A stretch of DNA of 64,000 nucleotides from Anaeromyxobacteraceae bacterium (GTDB lineage Bacteria > Myxococcota > Myxococcia > Myxococcales > Anaeromyxobacteraceae), in contig JASGHJ010000002.1 in assembly GCA_047602405.1 (NCBI GenBank), forward strand, positions 1,664,001 to 1,728,000, read 5' to 3'. The translations under genes were made by a program, and so were the position numbers. Shown here piece after piece: positions 24,837 through 35,204 of the stretch. Each line of letters begins with the position of its first letter. Positions within the stretch are counted from its first letter, which is position 1. The notes beneath the pieces were generated by a model. It searched no databases and had not been told where the DNA came from. It was given only the letters and a program-made list of their open reading frames with translations.

Positions 24837-26157
24837 ATGACCGGCGAGCACACCATCATCGGGCGGATCCCCCGGGAGCGGCTCAACCAGAATCGCCTCC
24901 CGGAAGCTCTCCGCCCTGGGCATCGCCGTCCGCCTCGGCGGGGACCGCGAGACGCTGGAGGGCGAGCTCGCCTTCTCGGGCCGGGTCGTGAACCCCGCCA
25001 CCGGCGCCGCCATCCCGCGGTCCCGCTTCGTCGTGGTCGGCCACGACCGGCTCCGGTTCGTGGACGCGCCGCTCTCGGCGCTCGGCCCGGTGAACTTCTA
25101 CGACCACGAGCGCGCGGTCGCCCTCGAGGCGTGGGTGGTCGCCGCGCTCGGCGCCCGCGCCGCCACGCTGCAGGACCTCGCCGCGCGCGTCAGGGCCATG
25201 CGCATCGAGGCGAGCGTCGATCCGGACCGGCTGGTGGTGCGGTCGGTCGTGAAGACCCCGACCCACGCCTTCGAGGTGCTCGCGACGCCGGAGGGCGTGC
25301 GCGTCTCCCGGGTGGCGCCTGTCGGCGGCGCGCCGTTCGAGGTGGCGCCGGGCTTCCCGGCCCTCGACCTCGCCCAGTTCCGGGCCCCCGGCGACCTCGA
25401 GCTCTTCCTCTCCGGCTCGGTGCGCGAGATGGAGGCCGCGCGGCCCGAGCGCGCGCCGGCCCCCGCCGCGGCGCCCCCCGCCGGCAGCGGCGCGCTCGAG
25501 GCCACCCCCGCGCCCCGCAACGCGCTCACGCTGAGGGCGCTCGCCGACGTGTTCGGCGAGGACGCCATGCTGGCGCCGAACGCGATGGTCGAGCTCCTCC
25601 AGGAGTTCCGCCACGGCGGCACCCGCTACCGGTTCGTCGCCTCCCGCGAGGTCGGCTCGCACTTCCGGGGCCGGCTCATCGGCCCGAACGGCGACGTCTG
25701 GTCGGACCGCTTCGAGCTCGACTCCTTCCCGGGCACCGAGAAGGTCGTCGCGCTCGCGCTCGGGATCGCCCAGCCGAGCGCGGGCGGCGAGCCGGTCGAC
25801 CTCGGCGGCGGGGAGGGCATGGGCGACGTCCCGAGCCACCTGCTGCCCCACCCGGGCGAGGTCTGGGTGATGAGCGTGGTCGTCGAGGAGACGCACGGCG
25901 ACGAGGTCCGCTACGTCGGCACCGACATCGACGGCCGGCCGTACGGCGCCGCGCGCGTGCTGAAGCGCTCCGACTTCGAGGCGGTCTTCTCGCAGGAGCG
26001 GGGCGGCTGGCGCCTGCTCGTGGTGATCGATCAGGTGAACGACGGGGCGGTCATCTACCGGCAGCTCGACCGGCAGCGCCAGCCCATCGGCGCGCCCCGC
26101 CGGATGGCGGCCGCCATCCTCGTCGCCAACTTCGTGCCGGAGGCCGCGGCGTACTGA
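24837..26157 (+). CDS. Hypothetical multi-domain protein; apparent +1 frameshift at about 24891
   Basis: Removing one A from GAATC (24890-24894) joins MTGEHTIIGRIPRERLNQ to IASRKLSALG...VVNPATG; coupled to meaB by TGATG. Confidence 0.7.
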
Positions 26158-27200
26158 TGGCGGCGACCCACGCCATCGCGGACCGCGTGCTCGCGGGCGA
26201 CGTGCGCGCAGCGGCGCGCCTGATGCGCGATCTCGACGACGGGATGCCCTGGGCCGAGGAGGTCCTGCGGGCCCTGCTCCCGCGCACGGGCCGGGCCTAC
26301 GTCGTGGGGCTCACCGGCGCGCCGGGCTCGGGGAAGTCCTCGCTGACCGACCGCCTCGTCGCCCACCACCGCGCGGCCGGCCGCACGGTGGGCGTGGTCG
26401 CGGTCGACCCCTCGAGCCCCTTCACCGGCGGCGCGATCCTGGGCGACCGGATCCGGATGCAGGACCACGCCCTCGACCCGGGCGTCTTCATCCGCTCGCT
26501 CGGCACCCGGGGCCACCTGGGCGGGCTCTCGCGCTCGACCGCGGACCTGGTCCTCGTGCTCGACGCGCTCGGCAAGGACGTCATCCTCGTCGAGACGGTC
26601 GGCGTGGGGCAGGACGAGCTCGAGGTCGCGGCGCTCGCCCATACCGTCGTGGTCGTGACGGTGCCGGGGCTCGGCGACGACGTACAGGCCATCAAGGCGG
26701 GCGTGCTCGAGATCGCCGACGTGTTCGCGGTCAACAAGGCCGACCGCGAGGGCGCCGACCGGACCGTGCGCGACCTCCAGATGATGCTGGAGCTCCGGCA
26801 CATGGTCGCCGGGAACGGGCCGCCCGCCGGCGACCACGACGCGGACCACCGGTTCAGCGGCGCGGCGGCGTTCGCGCCGCCGTCGGCGGGCTGGGAGCCG
26901 CCCATCGTGAAGACCACGGCCACCCGCAAGGAGGGCATCGAGGAGCTCGCCCAGGCGGTGGAGCGCCACCGCGAGCACCTCGTCGCCTCGGGAGAGCTCG
27001 CCCAGCGGGAGACCGCCCGGGCACGGGCCCGCTTCGTCGCGATCCTGCGCGAGCGGCTGCTCTCGGGCGCGCTCCGCCGGCTCGACGCCGAGCGGTCGGG
27101 CCTCGACGCCATCGCCGCGCGAATCGCCGCCCGCGAGGCCGACCCCTACGCCCTCGCGGACGAGCTCGCCGCGCGCCTCGGCGGGGAGCCCCGCGCGTGA
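26157..27200 (+). CDS. meaB: MeaB/ArgK-family GTPase (methylmalonyl-CoA mutase chaperone)
   Basis: GAPGSGKS, DPSSPFTGGAILGDRIRM, VETVGVGQ, VNKAD. Confidence 0.93.
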   Translation: MAATHAIADRVLAGDVRAAARLMRDLDDGMPWAEEVLRALLPRTGRAYVVGLTGAPGSGKSSLTDRLVAHHRAAGRTVGVVAVDPSSPFTGGAILGDRIRMQDHALDPGVFIRSLGTRGHLGGLSRSTADLVLVLDALGKDVILVETVGVGQDELEVAALAHTVVVVTVPGLGDDVQAIKAGVLEIADVFAVNKADREGADRTVRDLQMMLELRHMVAGNGPPAGDHDADHRFSGAAAFAPPSAGWEPPIVKTTATRKEGIEELAQAVERHREHLVASGELAQRETARARARFVAILRERLLSGALRRLDAERSGLDAIAARIAAREADPYALADELAARLGGEPRA

Positions 27201-28240
27201 GCGAGCACGCCGAGCCACCGGCCTCCCTCGCCCCGCCGGGCGCGGCCACGCCCGCCGCGCTCGTGGACGGCCTCGAGGCCCGCCTCGGGCTCACCTTCTC
27301 CGACCGGACGCGCGCGCTCGCCGCGCTGACGCACAAGTCCTACGTGAACGAGCACCGGGACGAGGAGGGGCTCTGCGACAACGAGCGCCTCGAGTTCCTG
27401 GGCGACGCCGTCATCGACCTCGCGGTCTCGCACCGCCTCATGGAGAAGTTCCCCGGGGCCCGCGAGGGTGAGCTCTCGAAGATGCGGGCCGCGGTCGTGG
27501 ACGAGCAGGGGCTCGCCGAGATGGCGCGGGCGCTCGACCTCGGGGCGCTCCTCCGGCTCGGCCGCGGCGAGGAGCTGACCGGCGGCCGCCGGAAGGCCTC
27601 GCTCCTCGCCGACGCGCTGGAGGCGGTGGTGGCGGCGATCTACCTCGAGGCGGGGCTCCGCCCGGTGCTCGGGCTGATCGAGCGGTTCCTGGGGGAGGCG
27701 TTCGCGCGGGCCTCGGCCGGCACGCTCGACCGGGACTGGAAGACCCAGCTGCAGGAGCTCGCCCAGAGCCGTCTCAGGGCCACGCCCCGGTACCGCGTGG
27801 TGGCCGAGCACGGCCCGGACCACTCGAAGGTGTTCGAGGTCGAGACCGACCTGCGCGGCGAGCTCGTCGGCCGCGGCACCGGGCGCTCGAAGAAGGACGC
27901 CGAGCAGGCCGCGGCCCGCTTCGCGCTCGACGCGCTGACCCTCAGGTTCACGCCCCAGGGGGCCGCCCCCGCGGCGGTCCTCCCGGAGGCGCCCGCGGCC
28001 GCGCCGGCACCGCCCCCCGCGCCGCCCCCCGCCCCGGCGCCGCAGCCGCCGGCCGCCGAGGCCCCGCGGCGGGACGAGCAGCCCGTCGCCCCCGAGGGCG
28101 ACGCCGAGCCCGAGGCGCCCCCGCCGTCCGCGCGCAAGCGGGCCCCCAGGAAGCCGAGGACGGCCCCCCGCGCCGCCCCGAGGAAGCAGCCCGCCCGGAC
28201 GAAGGTCCCCGCCGGGGCGAAGCGGAAGAAGGGCCGGTAG
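27197..28240 (+). CDS. rnc: Ribonuclease III with Pro/Ala/Lys-rich C-terminal tail
   Basis: ALTHKS, NERLEFLGDAV, ADALEA, dsRBD DWKTQLQE..GRSKKDAEQ. Confidence 0.96.
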   Translation: MSEHAEPPASLAPPGAATPAALVDGLEARLGLTFSDRTRALAALTHKSYVNEHRDEEGLCDNERLEFLGDAVIDLAVSHRLMEKFPGAREGELSKMRAAVVDEQGLAEMARALDLGALLRLGRGEELTGGRRKASLLADALEAVVAAIYLEAGLRPVLGLIERFLGEAFARASAGTLDRDWKTQLQELAQSRLRATPRYRVVAEHGPDHSKVFEVETDLRGELVGRGTGRSKKDAEQAAARFALDALTLRFTPQGAAPAAVLPEAPAAAPAPPPAPPPAPAPQPPAAEAPRRDEQPVAPEGDAEPEAPPPSARKRAPRKPRTAPRAAPRKQPARTKVPAGAKRKKGR

Positions 28241-28291
28241 CCTCCCGGGTTTTCTTTGCCCGCGGGGAGCGTGGCCGCTAGCATGCCGCGC

Positions 28292-28999
28292 ATGAACAGG
28301 ACCCTCCTCGCGTTCGCGCTCGCCGTCTCGATGGCCTCGCCCGCCGCCGCCCAGGCTCCGGCGAAGCCCGCCACGAAGAAGTCCCCCCCGACGTCCGCCA
28401 AGGCCACGGGCGGCTCGAAGGGGCAGTACGCCGTCTTCGAGACCTCCCGCGGCAAGATCGGCGTGAGGCTCCTGGCGCAGAAGGCGCCCAAGGCCGTCGA
28501 GAACTTCGTGGGGCTCGCGACCGGCGCGAAGGAGTGGAAGCATCCGGGCACGGGCGCCGCGTCGAAGGCGCCCCTCTACGACGGCACGGTCTTCCACCGC
28601 GTGATCCCCGGCTTCATGATCCAGGGCGGCGACCCCTTCACGAAGGACGCGCCGCTCGGGAAGCCCATCCCCGGCGCGGGCGCGGGCAACCCGGGCTACC
28701 AGTTCGCCGACGAGCTCGAGGGGCCGGGCGCCACCCCGTTCGCGGCCCCCTGCCAGCTCGCGATGGCGAACAGCGGCCCGAACACGAACGGCTCGCAGTT
28801 CTTCATCACCGAGGTCGTGACCCCGCACCTCAACCCGCGCGACTGCCGCGGCCAGTCGCCCTCGGGCGTCTGCGGCTACGTGCACTTCGGCGAGGGCGTC
28901 TGCGGCTGCGACCTCGTCCGCCAGATCGCCATGGCCGGGAACAACCAGGTCAGGCTCGTGAAGGTCACCATCACCGACAAGGCGCCGACCTGCCAGTGA
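28292..28999 (+). CDS. Exported cyclophilin-type peptidyl-prolyl isomerase
   Basis: Signal peptide; [32 protein letters not shown]. Confidence 0.93.
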   Translation: MNRTLLAFALAVSMASPAAAQAPAKPATKKSPPTSAKATGGSKGQYAVFETSRGKIGVRLLAQKAPKAVENFVGLATGAKEWKHPGTGAASKAPLYDGTVFHRVIPGFMIQGGDPFTKDAPLGKPIPGAGAGNPGYQFADELEGPGATPFAAPCQLAMANSGPNTNGSQFFITEVVTPHLNPRDCRGQSPSGVCGYVHFGEGVCGCDLVRQIAMAGNNQVRLVKVTITDKAPTCQ

Positions 29000-29031
29000 G
29001 CGGGTCCACGCCCATTTCACCCGGAGGCACC

Positions 29032-29550
29032 ATGGCCAACCCCACCGCGACGTTCGACACCTCGCTCGGCTCGTTCCAGGCCGAGATCTTCCTCGACAAG
29101 ATGCCCGGCACCGCGAAGAACTTCCTCGACCTCGCGAAGAGCGGGTTCTACGACGGGCTGCACTTCCACCGGGTCATCAAGGGCTTCATGATCCAGTTCG
29201 GGTGCCCGCACTCGAAGGACCCGGAGAGCCCCCGCGCCGGCACCGGCGGCCCTCCGCACGGCACCATCCCGGACGAGCACCCGGCCGACGCGAAGCTCTC
29301 GAACGAGCCGATGACGCTCTCGATGGCGAACACCGGCCGCCCGAACTCCGGCGGCTCGCAGTTCTTCATCAACACCGTCCACAACTCCTACCTGGACTGG
29401 TTCACCCCCGGCCCGTCGAAGCACCCGGTGTTCGGGAAGATCGTCTCCGGCCAGGACGTCGTGAAGAAGATCGAGACCACGCCGACGCGCCCGGGCGACC
29501 GGCCGGCGACCCCGGTGCAGGTGAAGAAGATCACGGTCGAGGGCTACTGA
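29032..29550 (+). CDS. Cytoplasmic cyclophilin-type peptidyl-prolyl isomerase
   Basis: [36 protein letters not shown]. Confidence 0.93.
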   Translation: MANPTATFDTSLGSFQAEIFLDKMPGTAKNFLDLAKSGFYDGLHFHRVIKGFMIQFGCPHSKDPESPRAGTGGPPHGTIPDEHPADAKLSNEPMTLSMANTGRPNSGGSQFFINTVHNSYLDWFTPGPSKHPVFGKIVSGQDVVKKIETTPTRPGDRPATPVQVKKITVEGY

Positions 29551-29554
29551 ATCT

Positions 29555-29619
29555 CCGGGGGCGCTCGGCGCGCCCCCGCCCCGGCGAGACGGCTCGCCGC
29601 GGCCCCACCCCTGGCAGCA
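29555..29619 (+). repeat. Structured intergenic repeat, copy 2
   Basis: ccgggggcgctcggcgcgcccccgcccc-[ggcgag..ctcgcc hairpin]-ggccccacccctggcagca; partial extra ggggccccaccccgg immediately downstream. Confidence 0.55.
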
Positions 29620-29734
29620 AGTCTCCGGGGCCCCACCCCGGATCGGCTCCGCTTCGCTTCGCCGGGGGCATCTGACCTGGAGGCCCGGAGGCGCCAAAGC
29701 GCCTGCCGGGCCTTCTGACGTGATAGGAAGCCGC

Positions 29735-30715
29735 GTGGCCCAGAAGAAGCCGAAGAAGAAGCCCCAGGAGAAGCAGGCCGGGAAGGCCCCGTTCCGCGCC
29801 GGGTTCGTCGCCGTCGTCGGGCGGCCGAACGTGGGCAAGTCCACGCTCCTCAACCGCATCCTCGGCGAGAAGATCGCCATCGTCAGCCCGCGCCCGCAGA
29901 CCACGCGCACCCGGATCCTCGGGATCTGGAACGGGGAGGGGGCCCAGGTGGCCTTCTTCGACACGCCGGGGCTCCACAAGGCGAAGGGCGCGCTCAACCA
30001 CCGGATGGTCGAGACGGCGCTCCAGACGCTCGGCGAGGTGGACGCGGCGCTGCTCCTCATCGAGGCCGGCACCGGCCCCGACCAGCGGGTGGAGATCGGC
30101 GAGTCGACCCGCTGGGTCATCGAGGAGGTCGCGAAGAGCGGGAAGCCCGCCATCCTCGGGATCAACAAGATGGACCGGGCCCCGCGCGAGACGCTCCTGC
30201 CGGTCATCGAGGCCTACCGCTCGCTCCACGCCTGGAGCGAGATCGCGCCGTTCTCCGCCATGACCGGGGAGAACGTCGACGCGCTCCTCGAGGTCCTCGT
30301 CCCGTACATGCCGGAGTCCGAGCAGCCGCTCTTCCCGCCCGAGGTCATGACCGACCAGGCGGAGCGGCAGATCGCGGCGGAGTACGTGCGCGAGCAGATC
30401 ATGCTGCAGACCCGCGACGAGATCCCCTACGCGACCGCCGTCGAGGTCGAGGAGTTCGACGAGTCCGATCGCCGCGAGCGCGGCGGCCTGGTCCGGATCT
30501 CCGCCCGGATCTGGGTCGAGCGCGACTCCCAGAAGGCGATCGTCATCGGCAAGGGTGGCTCGATGCTGAAGAAGGTCGGCACGAAGGCGCGCGAGGGGCT
30601 CGAGCGCCTGCTCGGCGCGAAGGTGTTCCTGAAGCTCGACGTGAAGGTCGAGGAGCGCTGGACGGAGCGCGAGGCCGCGCTGCGCCGGGTGCTGCCGGCC
30701 GGGGAGGGGCGATGA
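29735..30715 (+). CDS. era: GTPase Era
   Basis: GRPNVGKST, PQTTR, DTPG, NKMD, KH domain SQKAIVIGKGGSMLK. Confidence 0.96.
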   Translation: MAQKKPKKKPQEKQAGKAPFRAGFVAVVGRPNVGKSTLLNRILGEKIAIVSPRPQTTRTRILGIWNGEGAQVAFFDTPGLHKAKGALNHRMVETALQTLGEVDAALLLIEAGTGPDQRVEIGESTRWVIEEVAKSGKPAILGINKMDRAPRETLLPVIEAYRSLHAWSEIAPFSAMTGENVDALLEVLVPYMPESEQPLFPPEVMTDQAERQIAAEYVREQIMLQTRDEIPYATAVEVEEFDESDRRERGGLVRISARIWVERDSQKAIVIGKGGSMLKKVGTKAREGLERLLGAKVFLKLDVKVEERWTEREAALRRVLPAGEGR

Positions 30716-32131
30716 GCACGAGCCCGCGCCCGGTGATCGCGCTCGTGGGCCGCCCCAACGTGGGGAAGTCCACGCTCTTCAACCGCATCGCCGGCCGCAG
30801 GGCCGCGATCGTCGAGGACCGGCCCGGCGTGACCCGGGACCGGAACTACGCCGACGCGACCTGGGACGGCCGCGCGTTCTCCATCGTGGACACCGGCGGC
30901 TTCGAGCCCGCCTCGAAGGACGCGCTCCTCACCCAGGTGCGCGACCAGGCCCGGCTCGCCGTCGAGGAGGCCGCCGCGGTGGTCCTCGTCGTGGACGGGC
31001 GCGAGGGGCTCACCTCGGTCGACGAGGCGGTCGCGAACCTGCTCCGCCGCGGCGGGAAGCCGTACTTCGTGGCGGCGAACAAGATGGACACGCCGCGCAC
31101 CGAGGAGTCCTCGCCGATCGCCGAGTTCCACCGGCTGGGCCTCGGCGACGTCTTCGGCCTCTCGGCCGAGCATGGGCGCGGCGTCGACGACCTCCTCGAC
31201 GCCGTCGTCGAGAAGCTCGCGCTCCCGAAGGAGCCCGAGCCGCCGGAGGAGGACGACGAGGAGGCCGACGAGGTCGAGGAGGTCACCGAGGACGAGCGCC
31301 CGAAGGGCGACATCCGGGTGGCCATCGTCGGGCGCCCGAACGTCGGGAAGAGGACGTTCGTGAACGCGCTCCTCGGCGAGGAGCGGTTCGTGGTCTCCGA
31401 CGTCGCGGGCACCACCCGCGACGCCATCGACACGCGCCTCGAGCGCAAGGGCCAGGCGTTCGTCGTCACCGACACCGCCGGCATCCGGAAGAAGCGCGCC
31501 GACCTTCCGGTCGAGGCCGCGTCGATCATCCGGGCCATGAAGGCCATGGACCGCGCGGAGGTGGTGGCCTGCCTCCTCGACGCGACCGAGGCCGGCGTGG
31601 AGCAGGACGCGCGCCTCCTCGGGATGGTGGTCGAGAAGGCGAAGGCCCTCCTCATCGTCGTCAACAAGTGGGACATCGCCGAGCGCGAGGGGGCGACGAA
31701 GGACTGGTACAAGAAGGAGCTCCTGAAGCGGTTCCCCTTCGCCTCCTTCGCCCCGATGCTCTTCGTGTCGGCGAAGGAGGGCCAGGGGGTCGCGAAGGTC
31801 CTCGCCGAGGCCGCCCGCCTCAGCGAGCAGTACCGGGCGCGGTTCCCCACCCGGGCGATGAACGAGCTCCTCGAGCAGCTCCAGGACGAGCACCCGGCCC
31901 CCATCGTGCGCGGGAAGCGGGTGAAGCTTCTTCTACGCGGCCCAGGTGGCCTACGCCCCGCCGACCTTCACCATCCAGTGCAGCCGGCCGGAGTCGCTGC
32001 CGGACGACTACTGCCGCTACGTGGAGAACCGGTTCCGGGATGCTTTCGGGCTCGAGGTCCCGATGCTGCTCGTCTTCAAGGAGCGGCGCCGCGAGCGGCG
32101 GCGGAACCCGCACCGGGACCGGAAGGAATAG
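30712..32131 (+). CDS. der: Ribosome biogenesis GTPase Der (EngA); apparent +1 frameshift at about 31928
   Basis: Two GTPase domains (GRPNVGKST, PGVTRD, DTGG; GTTRD, DTAG, NKWD); removing one T from AAGCTTC gives VKLFYAAQV..PPTF..RYVENRFR. Confidence 0.93.
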
Positions 32132-32262
32132 CCGCTCCGGCGGTTACACGGTCCAGTGTCTCCTTGACCGGCCGGGGGGACTCCCCCTAGATTGTCGCGG
32201 ATTTTCTTCGAGATTTTCGCCCGCCGCCCCGCGACCCCGGGGCCGCACCGACGCGAGGAACC

Positions 32263-32988
32263 ATGAGCAAGACCGCCGAGCTGAGCCGCAAGGACATGAA
32301 GGAGCCCGACCGCTTCCAGGTGGTCGCCACCCAGGCGGCCGGCTGGATCGGCGCGCACCGCCAGCAGGTGACCCTGCTCGGCGCGGCCGTGGTGCTCGTC
32401 TTCGTCGTGGTCGGCGCCGTGTCGCTCATCCAGTCGTCCCGCGCCGAGCACGCCGGCACCGAGGGCGCCGCGCTCCTCGCCGCCGTCTCCGCCGACGTCT
32501 CCTCGATCCCGCTCCCCGGGGCGACCGGCAAGACCTTCCCGGACGAGGCCTCGAAGCAGAAGGCGATCATCGCCGAGGCCGAGAAGGTGCTGAAGGACTA
32601 CCCGGCGAGCCCCCCGGCGGCGCTCGCGCTGCTCGCGAAGGGCGACGCGCACTTCCGCCTCGGCGAGATGGAGCCGGCCCAGAAGGCCTACGAGCAGTAC
32701 CTGGCGCTCACCGACCCGAAGGACTCGCTGCGCTTCGGCGCGCTCGAGGGGCTCGCGCTCGTGGCCGAGTCGAGGAGCGATTCCGACGGCGCGGCGGCGG
32801 GCTGGGCCCGCCTCGGCAAGGAGGCCCCGGAGTTCGCGGACCGCGCCGAGCTCGAGGGCGCGCGGGTCCTCGCGAAGGCCGGCAAGAAGGCCGACGCGAA
32901 GAAGCTCCTCGAGGGCTTCGGCGAGCGGCACCCGACCTCGTTCCTCACCCCGCAGGCCACGAAGGCCCTCGGAGCGCTCGCTCCGTGA
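32263..32988 (+). CDS. YfgM-like membrane-anchored TPR protein
   Basis: KDMKEPDRF N-terminus, single TM segment, TPR helices; lies between der and a bamB-like gene. Confidence 0.75.
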   Translation: MSKTAELSRKDMKEPDRFQVVATQAAGWIGAHRQQVTLLGAAVVLVFVVVGAVSLIQSSRAEHAGTEGAALLAAVSADVSSIPLPGATGKTFPDEASKQKAIIAEAEKVLKDYPASPPAALALLAKGDAHFRLGEMEPAQKAYEQYLALTDPKDSLRFGALEGLALVAESRSDSDGAAAGWARLGKEAPEFADRAELEGARVLAKAGKKADAKKLLEGFGERHPTSFLTPQATKALGALAP

Positions 32989-34082
32989 TGCTCCCGGTCG
33001 CCCTCGCGCTCTCGCTCACGGCGTCCTTCGGGCCGGGCAACCGGGCCACGCTGCCGGCGGCTCCCCGGGAGCTCTACCGCATCGCGTGGCGGCGCCCGTT
33101 CGTCGAGCCGGTGGCGCTCGAGTGGCACCCCATCGAGGCGGGCGGCGTCGCGGCGGATCCGGCGCGCGGGCTCGCCGTCTTCGGCACGCGCGACGGCTGG
33201 CTGCACGCGGTCAGGAAGGACCGCTCCCTCGCCTGGGAGTACAAGGCGAGCGCCGGGTTCGCCGGGCCGCCGACCATCGCGGGCGACACGGTCTACGTGG
33301 GCGCGCGGGACGGCCGCCTGTACGCGTTCGCGCTCGACGGCGGGAAGCTCCGCTGGAGCTACGACACGAACGAGGAGCTCGGGACGCGGCCGGTGCTCGC
33401 GAACGGCCTCGTCTACGTGGCGAGCCTCCAGGACACCGTCTTCGCGGTCGACGCGGCGACCGGCGCGTTCAAGTGGCACCACCGCCGCGAGGCGCGGAGC
33501 GGCTTCTCGATCCGCGGGGCGGCCGACGTGCAGGTCGGCGACGGCCGCGTCTACGGCGGCTACTCCGACGGCGCCGTGCTCGCCCTCGACGCCGCCACCG
33601 GGCGGGTCCTGTGGGAGCGGATCGTCGCCCCGCCGGGCGAGCAGATTGACGTGGATGGGCTCGCGCTCGCCGACGGCAAGCTCTACGCGGCCGCGTACTC
33701 GGGCGTGGTCGCGGCGCTCGACCCGAAGACCGGCGCGACGCTCTGGACCACCCGGCTGCCCGGCGCGCACGTCGTCACCGCCGCGAAGGGGCTCGTGTTC
33801 GTCGTCAGCCCGGACGCGGTGACCGCGCTCGGCACGAGCGACGGCGCCAAGGTCTGGGAGGCGAAGATGGACGCCGCCGCCGCGGGCTCGCCGATCGTGG
33901 TGGGCCGGTGGCTCGCGGTGCCGGCCGGCCTCGCGGGGCTGCGCTGGATTGAGATCGCGTCGGGGAAGACCTTCCGGATCCTCGACGGCGGCGAGGGCGT
34001 CTCCGGCCCTCCCGCGGTCGCCGGCGGCCGGGTCTACGTGCTCTCGAACGGCGGCGCGCTCCTCGCGCTCGACCTGGGGTGA
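32988..34082 (+). CDS. BamB-like PQQ beta-propeller protein
   Basis: Repeated LYAFALDGGKLRW / ALDAATGRVLW blades; der-yfgM-bamB context. Confidence 0.8.
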   Translation: MLPVALALSLTASFGPGNRATLPAAPRELYRIAWRRPFVEPVALEWHPIEAGGVAADPARGLAVFGTRDGWLHAVRKDRSLAWEYKASAGFAGPPTIAGDTVYVGARDGRLYAFALDGGKLRWSYDTNEELGTRPVLANGLVYVASLQDTVFAVDAATGAFKWHHRREARSGFSIRGAADVQVGDGRVYGGYSDGAVLALDAATGRVLWERIVAPPGEQIDVDGLALADGKLYAAAYSGVVAALDPKTGATLWTTRLPGAHVVTAAKGLVFVVSPDAVTALGTSDGAKVWEAKMDAAAAGSPIVVGRWLAVPAGLAGLRWIEIASGKTFRILDGGEGVSGPPAVAGGRVYVLSNGGALLALDLG

Positions 34083-34468
34083 AGCGGGTCCTCGTCGTCG
34101 CCGCGGTCGTGCGGCGCGGGGACGAGATCCTCGTCTCGCGGCGCCCCGACCGGCCGGGCAAGCCCGGCCAGTGGGAGTTCCCGGGCGGCAAGGTCGAGGC
34201 CGGCGAGGGCGAGCCGGAGGCGCTCCGGCGCGAGCTCCAGGAGGAGCTCGGCTGCGACGCGCGGGTGGACCGCCTCCTGCTCCGCCACGCCCACCGCTAC
34301 CCCGACCTCGAGGTCGAGCTCGCCTTCTGGGCGTGCACGCTGCTCGGAGCGCCGCGCGCCATCGGCGTCGCGGAGCTCGCCTGGGCGCGCGTGGGCACGC
34401 TCTCGGGCTACGACTTCCTCGAGGCGGACCGGGCGGTGCTGCCCGAGCTCGAGCGGCTGAGCGGCTGA
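34079..34468 (+). CDS. NUDIX hydrolase (MutT/NudG-like)
   Basis: WEFPGGKVEAGEGEPEALRRELQEELG Nudix box. Confidence 0.92.
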   Translation: MKRVLVVAAVVRRGDEILVSRRPDRPGKPGQWEFPGGKVEAGEGEPEALRRELQEELGCDARVDRLLLRHAHRYPDLEVELAFWACTLLGAPRAIGVAELAWARVGTLSGYDFLEADRAVLPELERLSG

Positions 34469-34512
34469 TTTCCCGACCGGCTCGAGCGGCCGAGCGGCCC
34501 GGCGCCCCCTCG

Positions 34513-35049
34513 CTACCTGCGCCGCTTCGCCTTCTTCTTCTCGCCCTTCGCCGGGGCGGCCTTCTCGCCCGCGACGAGGAAGGGCAGGGAGAGCGGCTCG
34601 AGGGCGTGGCCCTCCGCGTCGTGGACCTCCCGGCTGGAGGCGCCGTCGAGGCGCAGCTGGTAGGCGGTGCCCGACGCGAGCGGGGCAGCCGGGGTGAGGA
34701 GGAGCGTCGTGCGCGCCCCGAGCTCCCGGGCGCCCTCGGAGGCCACCAGCGCGTCCCCGCCGTCCAGGAGCGAGAGCCGGGCGTCGGCGAGGCGGCCCTC
34801 GAGGACCACCCGGAACGTGCTCGCGGCGTGGACGACGGGCTGCGGCTCCGCGAGCAGGGGGACGGTGCGCCCCCCGGGCTCCGCGGCCACGCCCTCGACG
34901 ACGAGCGCGCGGAGCGTGGGCGGCGGCTTCGGAGGCGGCGCCGGGGCGGGCGCGGGCACCGCGACCAGCGGCGCCGCGGGCGTACCGTCGGTACAGGCGA
35001 GGAGGGTGGCCAGGGCGAACGCCGCCGGGGCGAAGGTCGGTGTGCGCAT
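34513..35049 (-). CDS. Putative lipoprotein (Ig-like) with basic tail
   Basis: LLAC lipobox; LTPAAPLASGTAYQL resembles Big_5-type domains. Confidence 0.6.
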   Translation of the reverse strand: MRTPTFAPAAFALATLLACTDGTPAAPLVAVPAPAPAPPPKPPPTLRALVVEGVAAEPGGRTVPLLAEPQPVVHAASTFRVVLEGRLADARLSLLDGGDALVASEGARELGARTTLLLTPAAPLASGTAYQLRLDGASSREVHDAEGHALEPLSLPFLVAGEKAAPAKGEKKKAKRRR

Positions 35050-35204
35050 GGAGGCCGGGAGGCTAGCACGAGGCGGCGGCGGCGGCGCGCGGGACCCGGG
35101 TGGGCGGCAACCCCGCGTCGACCCGCGGGATGACCGGGGCTCCGGCTGGTACGGGACATGCTCCGCACGGGCCCGCAGCCCCACCTCACCTGGAGTGACC
35201 TTCG

